From Octopus bimaculoides (lineage: Eukaryota): DNA of 64,000 nt. The notes below the pieces were generated by a model. The model ran no database searches, had not been told where the DNA came from, and saw nothing but the letters and a program-made list of their open reading frames with translations. The translations under genes were made by a program, and so were the position numbers. The stretch covers positions 54,291,825-54,355,824 of the forward strand of contig NC_068987.1 of NCBI RefSeq assembly GCF_001194135.2. Reading direction: 5' to 3'. Each line of letters begins with the position of its first letter. Within the stretch, counting starts at the first letter, position 1. Of the stretch, positions 12,296-24,575 are shown piece by piece.

Positions 12296-12680
12296 TTACT
12301 TGTCTCTCTGATTGGACTGTGGCCATGCTGGGATACTGCCTTGAAGGGCTTAGTTGAACAAATTGATCCAGTACTTATCTTTTAAGACTGGTACTTATTC
12401 TATCAGTCTCTTTTTGCCGAACCACTAAGTTACAAGAATGTAAGCAAACCAACACTGGTTGTCAAGAGTCGGTGGGGGATAAACACATACACACATAGAT
12501 ATATTATATATACACATACACAATAGGCTTCTTTCAGTTTTCTGTCTACCAAATTCACTCAAAAGGCTTTGGCTTCCCAGGGTTATAGTATAAGACACTT
12601 GCCCAAGATATGACACGGTGGGACTGAACCTGAAACCATGTTGTTGGGAAGCAAACTTCTTTCCACACAGCCATGCCTAT
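12296..12680 (-). mobile_element. SINE family A, full length (tandem with previous)
   Basis: Same layout, more diverged. Confidence 0.8.
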
Positions 12681-12738
12681 AGCTGAGATAGGGAAGAAAA
12701 AAAGTCACCCATGAAGTTAAACAATATTTTTACTTCTG

Positions 12739-12953
12739 AAGGCAGCAAGCTAGCAGAAATGTTAGCACGCCAGGCAAAATGCTTAGCGGTATTTCGTCTG
12801 TCTTTACATTCTGAGTTCAAATTCTGCCATAGTCGACTTTGTCTTTTATCCTTTCAGGGTCGATAAATTAAGTACCAGTTGCATACTGAGGTTGATCTAA
12901 TCAACTGGCCCCCTCCCCCCAAAATTTCAGGCCTTGTGCCAAGAATAGAAAAG
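12739..12953 (+). mobile_element. SINE family C with 16-bp TSD
   Basis: aatatttttacttctg at 12723-12738 and 12954-12969 flanks the element. Confidence 0.88.
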
Positions 12954-13450
12954 AATATTTTTACTTCTGTTTGATTTGGGATTGATATGCAAATGTCTAG
13001 TGTCAATCAATTTATGAACCAATCAATACAGGTTAAGTTGAAATCACTCATCATTAATATGTTTCCAAAGCTGCATTGCTGGATAAAGCATTTACTTTTG
13101 TTGAGGCATTCATTGAAGCAGATAAGAGACACTTGAAAAGGCATTCATAGAGCCCAATTATAGTCATTTCATTAGTCTTGTTGTTTATAGGCGATAATTT
13201 GCAGAGGCCATTAAGAAATAAGCCCTTTGCATCTACAATAAAAGATTCATAGACTAACAGCACACACATACACACACACACACTCACATATATGAATATA
13301 TATATGTTATTATTATTATTGTTTTTTAATTGGCAGAAAGTTTTGTGCTTTTGACATTTGGGTCACTTTTGTAACTTTCTGCTTGTTTAAAGATAAGAAA
13401 AAGAAATATTTATATGAAGTGAAATATTAAGTTCTTTTGTTTTCCTAAAC

Positions 13451-13974
13451 CAAGGGTCACCAAACTTTTCATGGTGGGCCAAATAACTGAGTGATTGACA
13501 AGCATGGTCCATATACCCATTTTGTTCAATACAACACAGTGAATACACAAAAAATAAAGACAACCAAAAAGTTATCAAAGAAGGCAACATTAACAATAAA
13601 ATAGTCAAATCACATGCAGTGTGCACATATCCAGATCTTACAAACTGAGCAGCAAAAGAGGTTAGTGAGACTTGTGGAACTGGTGTCTAGCTTTTCAGAT
13701 ATAATCAGTATTTGCTTTGGAATTGCTGCATACAACCGAGAGAATTACTTTCAAATGTTCATCAGTCAACCTCGTTTGATGTGTTGACTTCACATACTTC
13801 ATTTTTGAAAATGTTTACTCACAGACATAAGTTGTTCCAAGAACTGATGCCATACCAGAGGCAAATGAACTCCCATTACAGGTATTTACACAAAAGGTAC
13901 AGTGCAGTGGCAGGCTGGATGAAATAACCTTGCAGGACAGATCCGGCCCACTGGCCATAATTTGGTGACCCCTG
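13451..13974. mobile_element. hAT-type non-autonomous element
   Basis: TIR caagggtcaccaaac / tttggtgacccctg; 8-bp TSD tcctaaac / tactaaac. Confidence 0.75.
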
Positions 13975-15301
13975 TACTAAACACACACACACACACACAC
14001 ACACACGTCACATGGACTTCCAAACTGCTTAGCACTATTTTTTTGCTTCTCTCCACTGGATACATTACTCAACCTTTATTTTGAACAATAGACTTACCTA
14101 GGAATGTACATTAGGAAGAACCCTTTCATGTGGGTCTGAATACCCCCCCCCCCCTATCTTCCAAAACACAATAATCAATAACAAAGCCATGAACTTTCTG
14201 CTGTGCTACGCATTTTTCTACAACAAATGTTCCTGCCTATAATTTCCTGCTTATATTTCTTATATTTCTCCGATGGCGGAATACCCAGTATATGGAACCT
14301 TGGATCAATAGGATAATCCAGTACCTGGGATATCCCAGAAGCAGCTGTAAGAGACTATATCTATTAATTCTACCTACATTGCTTTAGCATTAACTCTCTT
14401 AAATTAAACTAAACAAATTTAAATGCCATAGTCCTGCCTTGATTAATTGTTTTGCTCTTATTCAACTTACTTCTAGGGACTCAAAGGTAAGATACTGATT
14501 GCCAGTTCTCTCCCACCTGGACATTTGTGCTACTACAGCTTCTGCTCCAGCCCCTGTTTGAACTGGGATTCTAATGGCTTGTCAATTTGGACCACTCAGA
14601 CTGCATACCTATTAGCTTGGGTTAACTTGACCTAAACTCCTCAACTTCTGTATGTGTGTGTATATATATATGTGTGTGTGTATGTTTAGCGATTGTAGTA
14701 TGGAAGACACAAGTTAGCAATTCAGAAACATACAGAAACAATTAACTTCAGTTAAACACCCATTTGTAATTTAGTGTCAGACTTTTCATTGTTCAAAACT
14801 GCAACCTTGTTCACTAGTAAAACATTTTGCTGTATCTTTTGTCAGTGAACTGGTCACAGTTTTGAACGAAGAAAATTTTGACACAGTGTTACAAATAGAT
14901 GTTTAAGTGAAGTTGACAGTTTTTGTGTGTTTCATCTGTTTTTGTGTGTTACATCTTCCAGCTGCAACTGCTTTAGTTTCAGTAAGTGATTGCCGATCAA
15001 AACACTTGCTATGCAAATACATCTTTGTTATATATATACATCATGTGAAAGACCTGACTGTCAGATATTGTTACACATCACCAGTCACAATGCTTTGTTC
15101 TGGTCTTTGCATGATGCCACCGCGTTGGCTAAGTGAGGGGATCAACATTCCTCCCTGATCAAAAGGCGGACTGCAGCAATGTGAAATGAAGTGTTTTGCT
15201 CGAGAGCACATTGTATTGCCTAGTCTGGAAATTAAACCCATGATCAAGTAATCATGAATGCAATAACCTAACCACTGGGCCACACCCCTTCACATGCGCG
15301 T

Positions 15302-15340
<39 letters not shown>

Positions 15341-15574
15341 TACATGGTTCAATTTTACAGAAGACAAAGGATAAAGACAAATGTAGGAACAACAAACAAG
15401 CATATTAGTTTGACACTTAGGAAGAATGGAAAAATCTTTGATGCTTCGAGCATATGCCCTTTGACAGAAAGGATTGAGAGGGAAAAAAATGGAGAGAGAG
15501 CGATAAAAAATGCGGAGAGAGAAAAAACGATGGTTCAATATGATGAAATATATAAACCTTTTATCTTTTTCCCT

Positions 15575-16007
15575 GTTTCTGTCATTAGACTGCGACCATG
15601 CTGGGGCACCGCATTGAAGAATTTTTAGTCAAACAAATCAACCCCAGTACTTATGATTTTCTTTTTCTTTTAGCCTGGTACTTATTCTATCAGTCTCTTT
15701 GCTGAACTGCTAAGTTACAGGGACATAAACACACCAACACCTGTTGCCAAGTGGCATGGGAGAGGGTGGACAAACACAAACAGAAAGACACACATACATA
15801 GATATTTACATATATATGTGTGTGTGCGTTTGTGTATACACACGACAGGCTTCTTTCAGTGTCTGTCTACCAAATCAACCCACAAGGCTTTGGTCAGCCT
15901 GGAATATGGTGAAAGACACTTGCCCAAGATGTCATGCGGGAGGACTGAACCCAAAAACCATGTGGTTGGGAAGCAAACTTCTTACTACACAGCCACACCT
16001 GCACCTA
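15575..16007 (-). mobile_element. SINE family A, full length
   Basis: Reverse complement of the family A consensus. Confidence 0.8.
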
Positions 16008-16481
16008 TATACATAATAAGATTAAGCACGTGTATGAGAAAGAAAGTAGACTGCAATATCATTGAAATAGGGGAATAAATTTAATGTACTATACAAACAT
16101 GAAACACTCAAAACATACAGTACCCAGAATATGAAGTTATCTGATTTCTGATCTCTGCCTGTTTGGGAAATAAGCAATGGGTTTACTTCACTCCAGTAAC
16201 TACTGTACAGCAAGTGCTGTTCTCCAAGGGACACAACACATACAGCCTTTTGTCATGGTGTGTTAGTTTGATCCCTTTGTGAAAACTCTGCCTTATCATT
16301 AAGTTCCACCTTAATGGAACGTCAAAGTTTTTCAGTGTCATTGGAAGATTGTATACTGTATAACCCAGTCTGCATGAATGCTCGAGTCTGTCTTCTCCAT
16401 GAACTTCAAGCTCCATGTTGACTTTGAAGATTTTGAACAAGATTTTTTTAGCACGAATGGTGAAGCTTATACCATCTAGAG

Positions 16482-16829
16482 CAGGAGTTCTCCACTACTT
16501 TTTCTATCTATGAACCCCTTTGATTACTATTTTATTCTGGTGGACCTCCACAGCCATACAAAGTTTAAATGCTAGTTTTATAGACACTTCTTTCAAAATT
16601 TCGATTTTGTTTTACACATGTTCGCTTGTGTAAGTTAAACCATGTAAAATGTTAGAGAATGAAGCCTAGCTGTTTCTTGCAATCCATACCAATAGATACA
16701 TCTAAAGCATGATTTTTTTTTTTCAGGGACCTTTAAAATGCTCTTATGGATCCCCAATTTATTTTTTTTGTTATGTGAACCCCCAAAAGTCTTACATAGA
16801 CCCATATGGACCCTGGTTGAGAATTACTG
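16482..16829. mobile_element. hAT (Charlie-like) MITE
   Basis: caggagttctc / gagaattactg termini; TSD atctagag / gtctagag; colinear with 7425-7738. Confidence 0.75.
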
Positions 16830-17039
16830 GTCTAGAGAGAAGCAGGCAGACAGACACCTACATATATGCTGAAGATAATGTAACAAATATGCTTCTGTCA
16901 CTCATGGGATTAAACTAATGAATAAGCTACTGAGGGTTAATGTGATTTATGAATATGATTGTTGTCTTAAAAGTTGTAAACTTCATAACTCTTAGCTGCT
17001 ACATTGAACACACCACAAGTAGAACAATGTTTCTGCTCA

Positions 17040-17330
17040 GTTACTACTACTACTACTACCAACACCATTACCACCACTGCTACTACTACTACTAACGCTA
17101 TAACCACCACCACTGCTACTACCACTACTACTGCTACTAATGCCAATGACCCCACCACTACTACTAATGCCATCACCACCACTACTACAAATAACACCAC
17201 CACACTACTACTAACATCATCACCACCACTACTACTAACACCACCACCACCACCACTACTACAACTGCTGCTGCTGCTGCTACTACTACTACTACTACTA
17301 CTACAGCTGTTGCTATTGTTAATACTTCTG
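17040..17330. repeat. (ACT/ACC/GCT)n compound microsatellite
   Basis: direct inspection. Confidence 0.9.
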
Positions 17331-17553
17331 TTATTTATTCTCTTCCTTCGTCACCACATTCATGGCTATTTCTCTCTCATCTGATGCAATTTCTTGTACG
17401 ATTAAAAAAATAATCTTTTTTTTTTTTCTTCTTTTTAATTCTAATAATTGCCAAAGGAATCTGTCTGATCCACTGGTGCAAACCTTAATTAGAACTCTTT
17501 CTCTCAGATGCCAACTTTCTTTGTCGTTAATATTAATCCTTCACCTATTCCAG

Positions 17554-17665
17554 GATGAAGTGTCCACCCTCGTTCATTCTGCTGGAAAATGTCAAAGGGT
17601 TTGAAGTGTCAGAGACAAGACACCTTTTTCTGAAGACTCTCAAGGCCTGTAATTACAAATATCAG
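17554..17665 (+). CDS. TRDMT1: DNMT2 exon (motif VI ENV)
   Basis: ttccag|g atg...cag|gtgagc; MKCPPSFILLENVKGFEVSETRHLFLKTLKACNYKYQ. Confidence 0.96.
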
Positions 17666-17689
17666 GTGAGCTCTTGTTTCAACAACATT

Positions 17690-17840
17690 GATAATGATAA
17701 TAATAATAATAATAATGATAATAATAATAGTAATAATAATAATAATAATAGTAATAATAATAATAATAATAATGATGATGATGATAATAATAATAATTGT
17801 AATAATAATTTATTGCTGTTGTTGTTATTATTGTTGTTTT
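17690..17840. repeat. (AAT)n microsatellite
   Basis: direct inspection. Confidence 0.9.
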
Positions 17841-19118
17841 TGTTTATTTTCTATGATAATATTTGATCAATTTTTTTATAATTTTAGTCACTGGCAATTT
17901 TCAACAAAGAATATATCTTTATGGTGTTTTTTTTTTCCTTCTTTACTTATATATATATATAAATATATAATAATATAAATAATATGTATATATATATATA
18001 TATGAACACACATACACAAATATATATGCATATATGGGTACAAAACATCACAAACTGTAAACAACAAGAAATACGAAAACCAAAGAGTTGAATACATAAA
18101 CAACGAAAGAAACAAATGAAAAACAGGACAAGTAACATAAAAAACGACCCTTCTTCAGTTGTTGGTTGTCCATCTACTCCTCAAGGTGTCCACAAAGTCA
18201 TTTGACAGAAAAAAATGTTTATTAAAGTTACAACAGTCTGAGACTTGAATACATAACATTGATATTAAGTTTGATCATAGCATATTAACATGCAACAAAA
18301 ATTTAGTTGCCACCTCTTAGGCAGTTGATGAAGGAAAAGTTCCATAACTGGCTTGTCTGTTTTCCTATGTGTTTATTCTGTTATCGGCAAAAAAAGTCCG
18401 TTTTTTTGTGCTTTATTTATGTTCCCGTTCCTTTTTTGTCCACGTTGTTTGACGTCCTGTACCCAGATATGCATCTATATATACCTGTAGATGTAGGTAT
18501 GTACATATATGTATGTATACATGCATATGCTCATATATCATTTGTATTATATATATGTGTGTGTATATATATATTCGATTCCTAGACCGTGTTGTGTTGT
18601 GTTCTTAAGCAAGACACTTTCTTTCACATTGCTCTAGTTCACTTCACTCAGCTGTAGAAATGAGTTGCAGCATCACTGGTGCCAAGCTGTGTCACCCTTT
18701 GCCTTTCCCTTGGATAACATCAGTGATGTGGAGTGAGGAGGCTGGTATGTATGGACGGCTGTTGGTCTTCCATAAATCACCTTGCTCGGATTTGTGCCTC
18801 AATGGGGAATTATCTAGGTGCAATCCCATGGTTATTCATGACTAAAAGGGGTCTTTACCCTTTATATATATATGTATACATATATATATCATTATCTTAT
18901 GATATTTACTTTGTATTATATTATACTTATTTATTATGCTTTTACTTATTAATTTTTCTATATGTTAGTGGATTTTCATCGATGAGTTCATAAACATTGT
19001 TTCTTTTCCCTAAAACTATATATATATATTTTATACTGTGAAACTTAATTTAATTTTAATTTTTAATAGATTGAATTTAATTGAGTTTTTACCTGTAAAT
19101 TTGGATTTTTATCCCTAA

Positions 19119-19164
<46 letters not shown>

Positions 19165-19638
19165 CTTCATTCCTTTTTCTTGAAGATTGACTGCATCTTT
19201 TGAAAGCCACAAGCTACCAAATCAATCTGTATGGTGCTAAACTGTCAATCAAAGAGTCCATAGTTAACATCTTACCGCCCATGCCGTATTATGCCATGTC
19301 CCTACTTGGCCAAGACTCTTAACTGTTAAAATTCTTCATTTATCTAGATATAGATAAGTACCATAACCCTATAAGCAATGCTGAGCAATACACTTTTGCT
19401 AGAAGTGGTTATAACCTCACCCTTTTGTTACCACACTGCCTTTGTTTCAATTAATTTTGAAAATAATGAATTTAGTAAAAATACCTTTGATTTTATTAAG
19501 CTGTTTACTTTGAGCATAAATTAACCTGAAACAATAGCAACTTTCATCGCAAGTCAGCAATGCAGCCTCTGTGTGTGGTCACTCAAGTTGCTAGTAATAA
19601 TGAACAGATCCCCCTCTGATCCAACGTTATCATCTTAA

Positions 19639-19861
19639 ACTCTTTAGCATTCAGATTATTCTTTCAAATGTAATGTTTATTTATTCACATGGTTTTGAAT
19701 TAATCATGTATTACATCATAGCTTTGAGATTTTGATGTGATTGTGTATTTTTAGAATAATTGTAGGGTAGGTGTGAGAGGCTGGATCCTGCCTTTTTGAA
19801 TTTTGAATATAAAACAGGCAGGATATTTAGGCTGGATATGGCCTGTTCAGGTGCTAAAGAG
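19639..19861. mobile_element. piggyBac-like MITE
   Basis: ttaa|actctttagcattc...gtgctaaagag|ttaa. Confidence 0.6.
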
Positions 19862-21367
19862 TTAAGCAAGAGATTGTGATCGGAAGTGTGTATTGTAGAA
19901 CCAAAGACCAATCTCATGTGGGTATGTCTCAAAAATCGTTAAGCATCTCATTAACTTGATGTCATCAGCAGCAACAGCAGCATAATGTCCACTTTTCTAT
20001 GCTTGCTTGGGTTGGACAGAGGTTCCAGAAATAGACATTTTATGGCCCTTTTCTGTCACCAACCCTCATCCCTTTTCAAGCAAGGTAATATTTCCCTATA
20101 ACCAGACATGTTTATCATGGAAGATTGGGAACAAACAACCCTGTTTGTATGATGTTGACTCTCATTTACAGCTGTTATGGGATGTCAACAAAACACACAC
20201 ATACACAACTTGACAACTGGTGTTGGTGTGTTTACATCCTCATAACTTAGAGGTTCAGCAAAAGAGGCCAATAGAATAAGATGAGGACTGGGGTTGATTC
20301 ATTTGACTAAAAATTCTTACAGTCTAATCACCGAAACAAGTAAAAAGTAAAAGATAAAAAGATATATAATAATAATCATAATAATAATAATTATTATAAT
20401 AGATATGAGATCACCATGTTGCGCACATATGGTTGTGATGCATGTGCCTGGTGTACCTTATCAGACAGGTAGTCATGATGGGTATATTGGGCTTCGTGTA
20501 TTTTACCCCAGTGTCACTTTGATGGCATGCACTGCTCTCTTACTCAATAATAATAATATTAAGGATTCAGATAGAATTGGGTACTTGAAGAGATATGCAC
20601 CAGGTAGGGTTAGATAAACCTGTGGTCACTGCCTACGGTTGCTAAGTATCAAATAGGATATCCCAGTTGTGTACGCAGAGAACAACAACCCTCTGGGTAT
20701 TTAGCGCAATAAGCCTTGACAGACTTCAGCCACATCCCTGCTGTATTCTTGGGATATTTTTGTTTTTGTTTTTGAAACTATGTTTCATCTGATGATTATG
20801 GTTTTTTGCAATGAAGTAGTGTTCTCGCATAAGAAACAGCTGTAATGAGCTGACAATTATCCATTGTCTGCTATTATTCATTTGATTATATACCACACCA
20901 CATCATGCCACACTGCACCACACCACACCACACCACACACCACAACACAGCATATCACACATCACTACACCAACACACCACACATCACCACACCACACCA
21001 CACCACCACACTACACCATCACACTACATTGCACCACCCTGCACACACTAGCACTGACCACTTCCCAGCACCACACCACCACCCACACCACATCACACCA
21101 CTCTGCACACACTAGCACTGACCACTTCCCAGCACCCATACCATCATCCACACACCCACACATCAAGGTCACCAGCCCCTATCTACATGCATATATATGC
21201 TCTCACATACACACGTACGCACACCTTCATTTTGGGATTACCACTACTTTATTATCTCCCCTTCTTCCTAGCTCTCCTGTCTGACTACCTCTGTCCGGCC
21301 ATCGCCATGATTGACCGCTAGCCATTAAAGCTTTTTTTATTCTCTCTCTGTTTATTTCCTCATGTTG

Positions 21368-21403
21368 CTTTCTGTTGAAGAGTGTGGGCTTGAAACATAA
21401 AAG
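21368..21403 (+). ncRNA. minimal type-I hammerhead-like motif (degenerate, A6U)
   Basis: cttt CTGTTGA A GAGT gtgg GCTT GAAA CAT A aaag: stem I cttt/aaag, stem II with G-U pairs. Confidence 0.4.
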
Positions 21404-21875
21404 ACTTTCTTACCTTCTCGAGCGTTAAACTAATACACCTGTTTGTTGTTTACACACCTGTCTTCGTCTTTTGTATTTTTGTAAATTCCAACTATAGGTA
21501 GGTGGTGGGGGGGGGGCTCCAAAAGGGTCTCAGGAAGTAGCAATCCCTGCTTTCCTGGGCTAGTTTTCTACCACATTTCTTAAAAATCTTGATAGAGGCT
21601 TTGGTCCTGGGACCACTCATGTCTAGAAACTTGGTTGGGGGTAAGAAAGGGCATGCTCCTCATAGGAAATCCAGCTCCAAAAAAGCCTCATGATAGCAAA
21701 GGAGAGAATAGGCACCAGCTAGCCCAAAGGTTGGGGTTGGCGGCACCTGCCTACCTCGGTTGCTATGAGATTGAGATAGATCCAGCCACCTGGACAAAAC
21801 TTGGATTTAAAAGACTGAATGATGATGATGATGATGTAAATGATCCACTCTCCTCTCAATCTTTCTGTTCTGCAG

Positions 21876-21983
21876 GAGTTCATATTCACCCCACTACAGT
21901 TTGGTATCCCAAATAGTCGAGCACGATATTATCTCATAGCAAAAAAACATCCAGGAAAGTTTTATTTCGATTTAACAGATGAA
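21876..21983 (+). CDS. TRDMT1: DNMT2 exon (motif VIII)
   Basis: ctgcag|gag...gaa|gtaagt; EFIFTPLQFGIPNSRARYYLIAKKHPGKFYFDLTDE. Confidence 0.96.
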
Positions 21984-22491
21984 GTAAGTATAATTTTCTT
22001 TTGAAAGCTTTTCACTCTTCTTTTGAACATTGGCATCAATATTCTTTGATTAAGGCTGGTGATTAACAGACTCATTATAGCATCAGCTAAAAATGCCTTG
22101 TACTATTTAGTTATAACCCTTAACGGTCTGAGTTCAATACTCACTGATGTTGACCTTGCCTTTTGTTATTTGGTATGGAGGGTGGGTGTAAGATATATGG
22201 CAGTCAAGTACTGGTATCGATATAATTGACTGTTTTCTTCTCCCTCCTCTTTGCTTGCAGCTAAATGGGTTCTGTTAGATGGTGCAGTTAAACGGGGTGG
22301 TCGATTAACCATTGAAATCACGTCAAATGACATGTGAGTATCTGGTCTTTGGGAGCTATAGCTCCCAATGAGAGATGACTCAGACCATGATGAACAGTCT
22401 AACCCATGCCAGCAGGGGAAGCAGGCATAAAATGGCTGCCTTCATTTAGTCAATAACCCATTTAACTGTGGTCTGTAAATGACATTTTTAA

Positions 22492-22711
22492 CCCTTTAGC
22501 ATTAAGATTTTTCTGTAAAATGTAATGCTTATTTATTCACATTGATTTGAATTAGTCATGCATTACCTTATAGCTTTGAGATTTCAATGACATGATTGTT
22601 TACATTCAGAATGATATTGTAGGGTGAGTGTGATAGGTCAGATCTGGTTGGTTTAAAGATAAAACAGGTAGATTATTTTGGTTAGATATGGCCAGTATAA
22701 ATGCTAAAGTG
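22492..22711. mobile_element. piggyBac-like MITE
   Basis: ttaa|ccctttagcatt...aatgctaaagtg|ttaa; ends 42 nt before a DNMT2 exon. Confidence 0.65.
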
Positions 22712-22753
22712 TTAAGAAAATGAAGTTTTCATGAATTCTTTGTTTCATTTCAG

Positions 22754-23121
22754 GTGCAGGAAGAGTTACCAGCTTGCTCTAAACAATGGCTACATCACAT
22801 AGAACCTTCTGAAGATTGTGGTGAAACCACTTGCCTGTCACAAGACAAAGACATCAACTGCTTACAGACTTGTAAAACTGAAAAAGAAGAAATTAGAGAT
22901 TTTTTGGACTATTATAACAAATATAGTACAATCCTACACCAAGAAGAGTTTGAAAATGGTATTTCTTACCCTAACTGCAAGGCACTTAATGATTTCTTAG
23001 AAACTAATCAATCAAAAGAATATTATGACCAGTTTTTAGTGCCAGAAAAGTACTTTTCTTTGTTTGTAATTTTAGATATTGTCTGTCCTCATTTACGTAA
23101 GAGTGTCTGCTTCACAAAAAG
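22754..23121 (+). CDS. TRDMT1: DNMT2 exon (variable region + TRD up to CFTK)
   Basis: tttcag|gtg...aaa ag|gtaaag; VQEELPAC...NDFLETNQSKEYYDQFLVPEKYFSLFVILDIVCPHLRKSVCFTK. Confidence 0.93.
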
Positions 23122-23160
23122 GTAAAGTTTTACATTCTGTTATCATTATTAATATTATTA

Positions 23161-23164
<4 letters not shown>

Positions 23165-23191
<27 letters not shown>

Positions 23192-23442
23192 GTTGTTTCT
23201 TTTTCTTCTTTCTTCAAATTTTCTTCCATTTCTCGCCGAGTGTTTTCCGCACACCTAGGGCAGAGAAACTCGTTGTATGCATTCCCAGTTTACACTCGCA
23301 AATTCACGGGTAAAATATGTATTTAAAAAAAAAAAAAAAATCATGAATGGATGTTGTTTTCACAGCGATAATGCTCTTCTCAGTACATAAGTCGTTCCAG
23401 TTAACACGATTTCTTGCACTTCTTGTAGGGATGGTAAGCCTG
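23165..23442 (-). mobile_element. R4/Dong-type non-LTR retrotransposon 3' end with (TAA)n
   Basis: Minus frame PGLPSLQEVQEIVLTGTTYVLRRALSL* resembles the R4/Dong ORF C-terminus. Followed by a 3' UTR and a (TAA)n run; 5' side cut by a gap. Confidence 0.6.
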
Positions 23443-23715
23443 GNNNNNNNNNNNNNNNNNNNNNNNNNNNNNNNNNNNNNNNNNNNNNNNNNNNNNNNNN
23501 NNNNNNNNNNNNNNNNNNNNNNNNNNNNNNNNNNNNNNNNNNNNNNNNNNNNNNNNNNNNNNNNNNNNNNNNNNNNNNNNNNNNNNNNNNNNNNNNNNNN
23601 NNNNNNNNNNNNNNNNNNNNNNNNNNNNNNNNNNNNNNNNNNNNNNNNNNNNNNNNNNNNNNNNNNNNNNNNNNNNNNNNNNNNNNNNNNNNNNNNNNNN
23701 NNNNNNNNNNNNNNA

Positions 23716-24204
23716 TTGTTAGCATGCTGGATGAAATCTTTAGCGGTATTTCGCCTGCCATTACGTTCTGAGTTCAAATTTTGCCGAGGCCGGCTTTGCC
23801 TTTCATTCTTTCGGGGTCAATTAAATAAATACTAGTTACGCTCTGGGGTCAAGGTAATCAACTTACCTCCTCCCCACAAATTTCAGGCCCTGAATAGAAA
23901 GGATTGTTGTTGTTGTTGTTAAGGTGGTCAGCTGGCAGAATCGTTAGCATGCCAGGTAAAATGCTTAGCAGTATTTCGCTTGTCACTACGTTCTCAGTTC
24001 AAATTCTGCCATGGTCGACTTTGCCTTTCATCCTTTTGGGGTCAATAAATTAAGTACCAGTTATGTACTGGGGTCGATGTAATTGACTAGTCCCCCTCCC
24101 CACAAATTTCAGACCTTGTGCATTTAGTAGAAAGGATTATTATTATTATCATTATTATTTGGCGGCAAGCTTGCAGAATTGTTAGCTCATTGGAAGTAGA
24201 AAGG

Positions 24205-24236
<32 letters not shown>

Positions 24237-24240
24237 TATC
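23716..24240 (+). mobile_element. three tandem SINE family C copies
   Basis: Two near-complete copies plus a head-joined-to-tail copy, each ending agaaaggat(t/g)n microsatellite. Confidence 0.75.
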
Positions 24241-24453
24241 ATTATTTTTTTTTTATATTTAATTTTATTATATTTTTACTATGGTATACTACATATGCTT
24301 CTCTTCAATATCTTATTGTATACTGTCTATATTTTCTATACATTTATACATATATATTTTTCCTTTCATTTCATTATGCGTAAACCCACCACATTTGATG
24401 TCTGTCTTTGTACTGTCCCACCTCATCCTTTGCCCTGGTAGCAAATAAAAGAA

Positions 24454-24488
<35 letters not shown>

Positions 24489-24517
24489 CATCATGATCGT
24501 CTATTTGTTTCTATTAG

Positions 24518-24575
24518 GTATGGTCACTATATTGAAGGTTCTGGTTCCATTATTCAAATGTCCACAGATGGCCAA
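24518..24575 (+). CDS. TRDMT1: DNMT2 exon (TRD, YGHYIEGSGS)
   Basis: tattag|g tat...caa|gtaagt; (R)YGHYIEGSGSIIQMSTDGQ; 58 nt. Confidence 0.95.

Noticed and set aside
14477-14486. Possible 10-nt micro-exon (ctag|ggactcaaag|gtaaga)
   Set aside because: Frame-shifting, and such short matches are expected by chance in an 8-kb intron; no other support.
17004-17384. Poly-Thr/Leu ORF
   Set aside because: Translation of an (ACT/ACC)n microsatellite.
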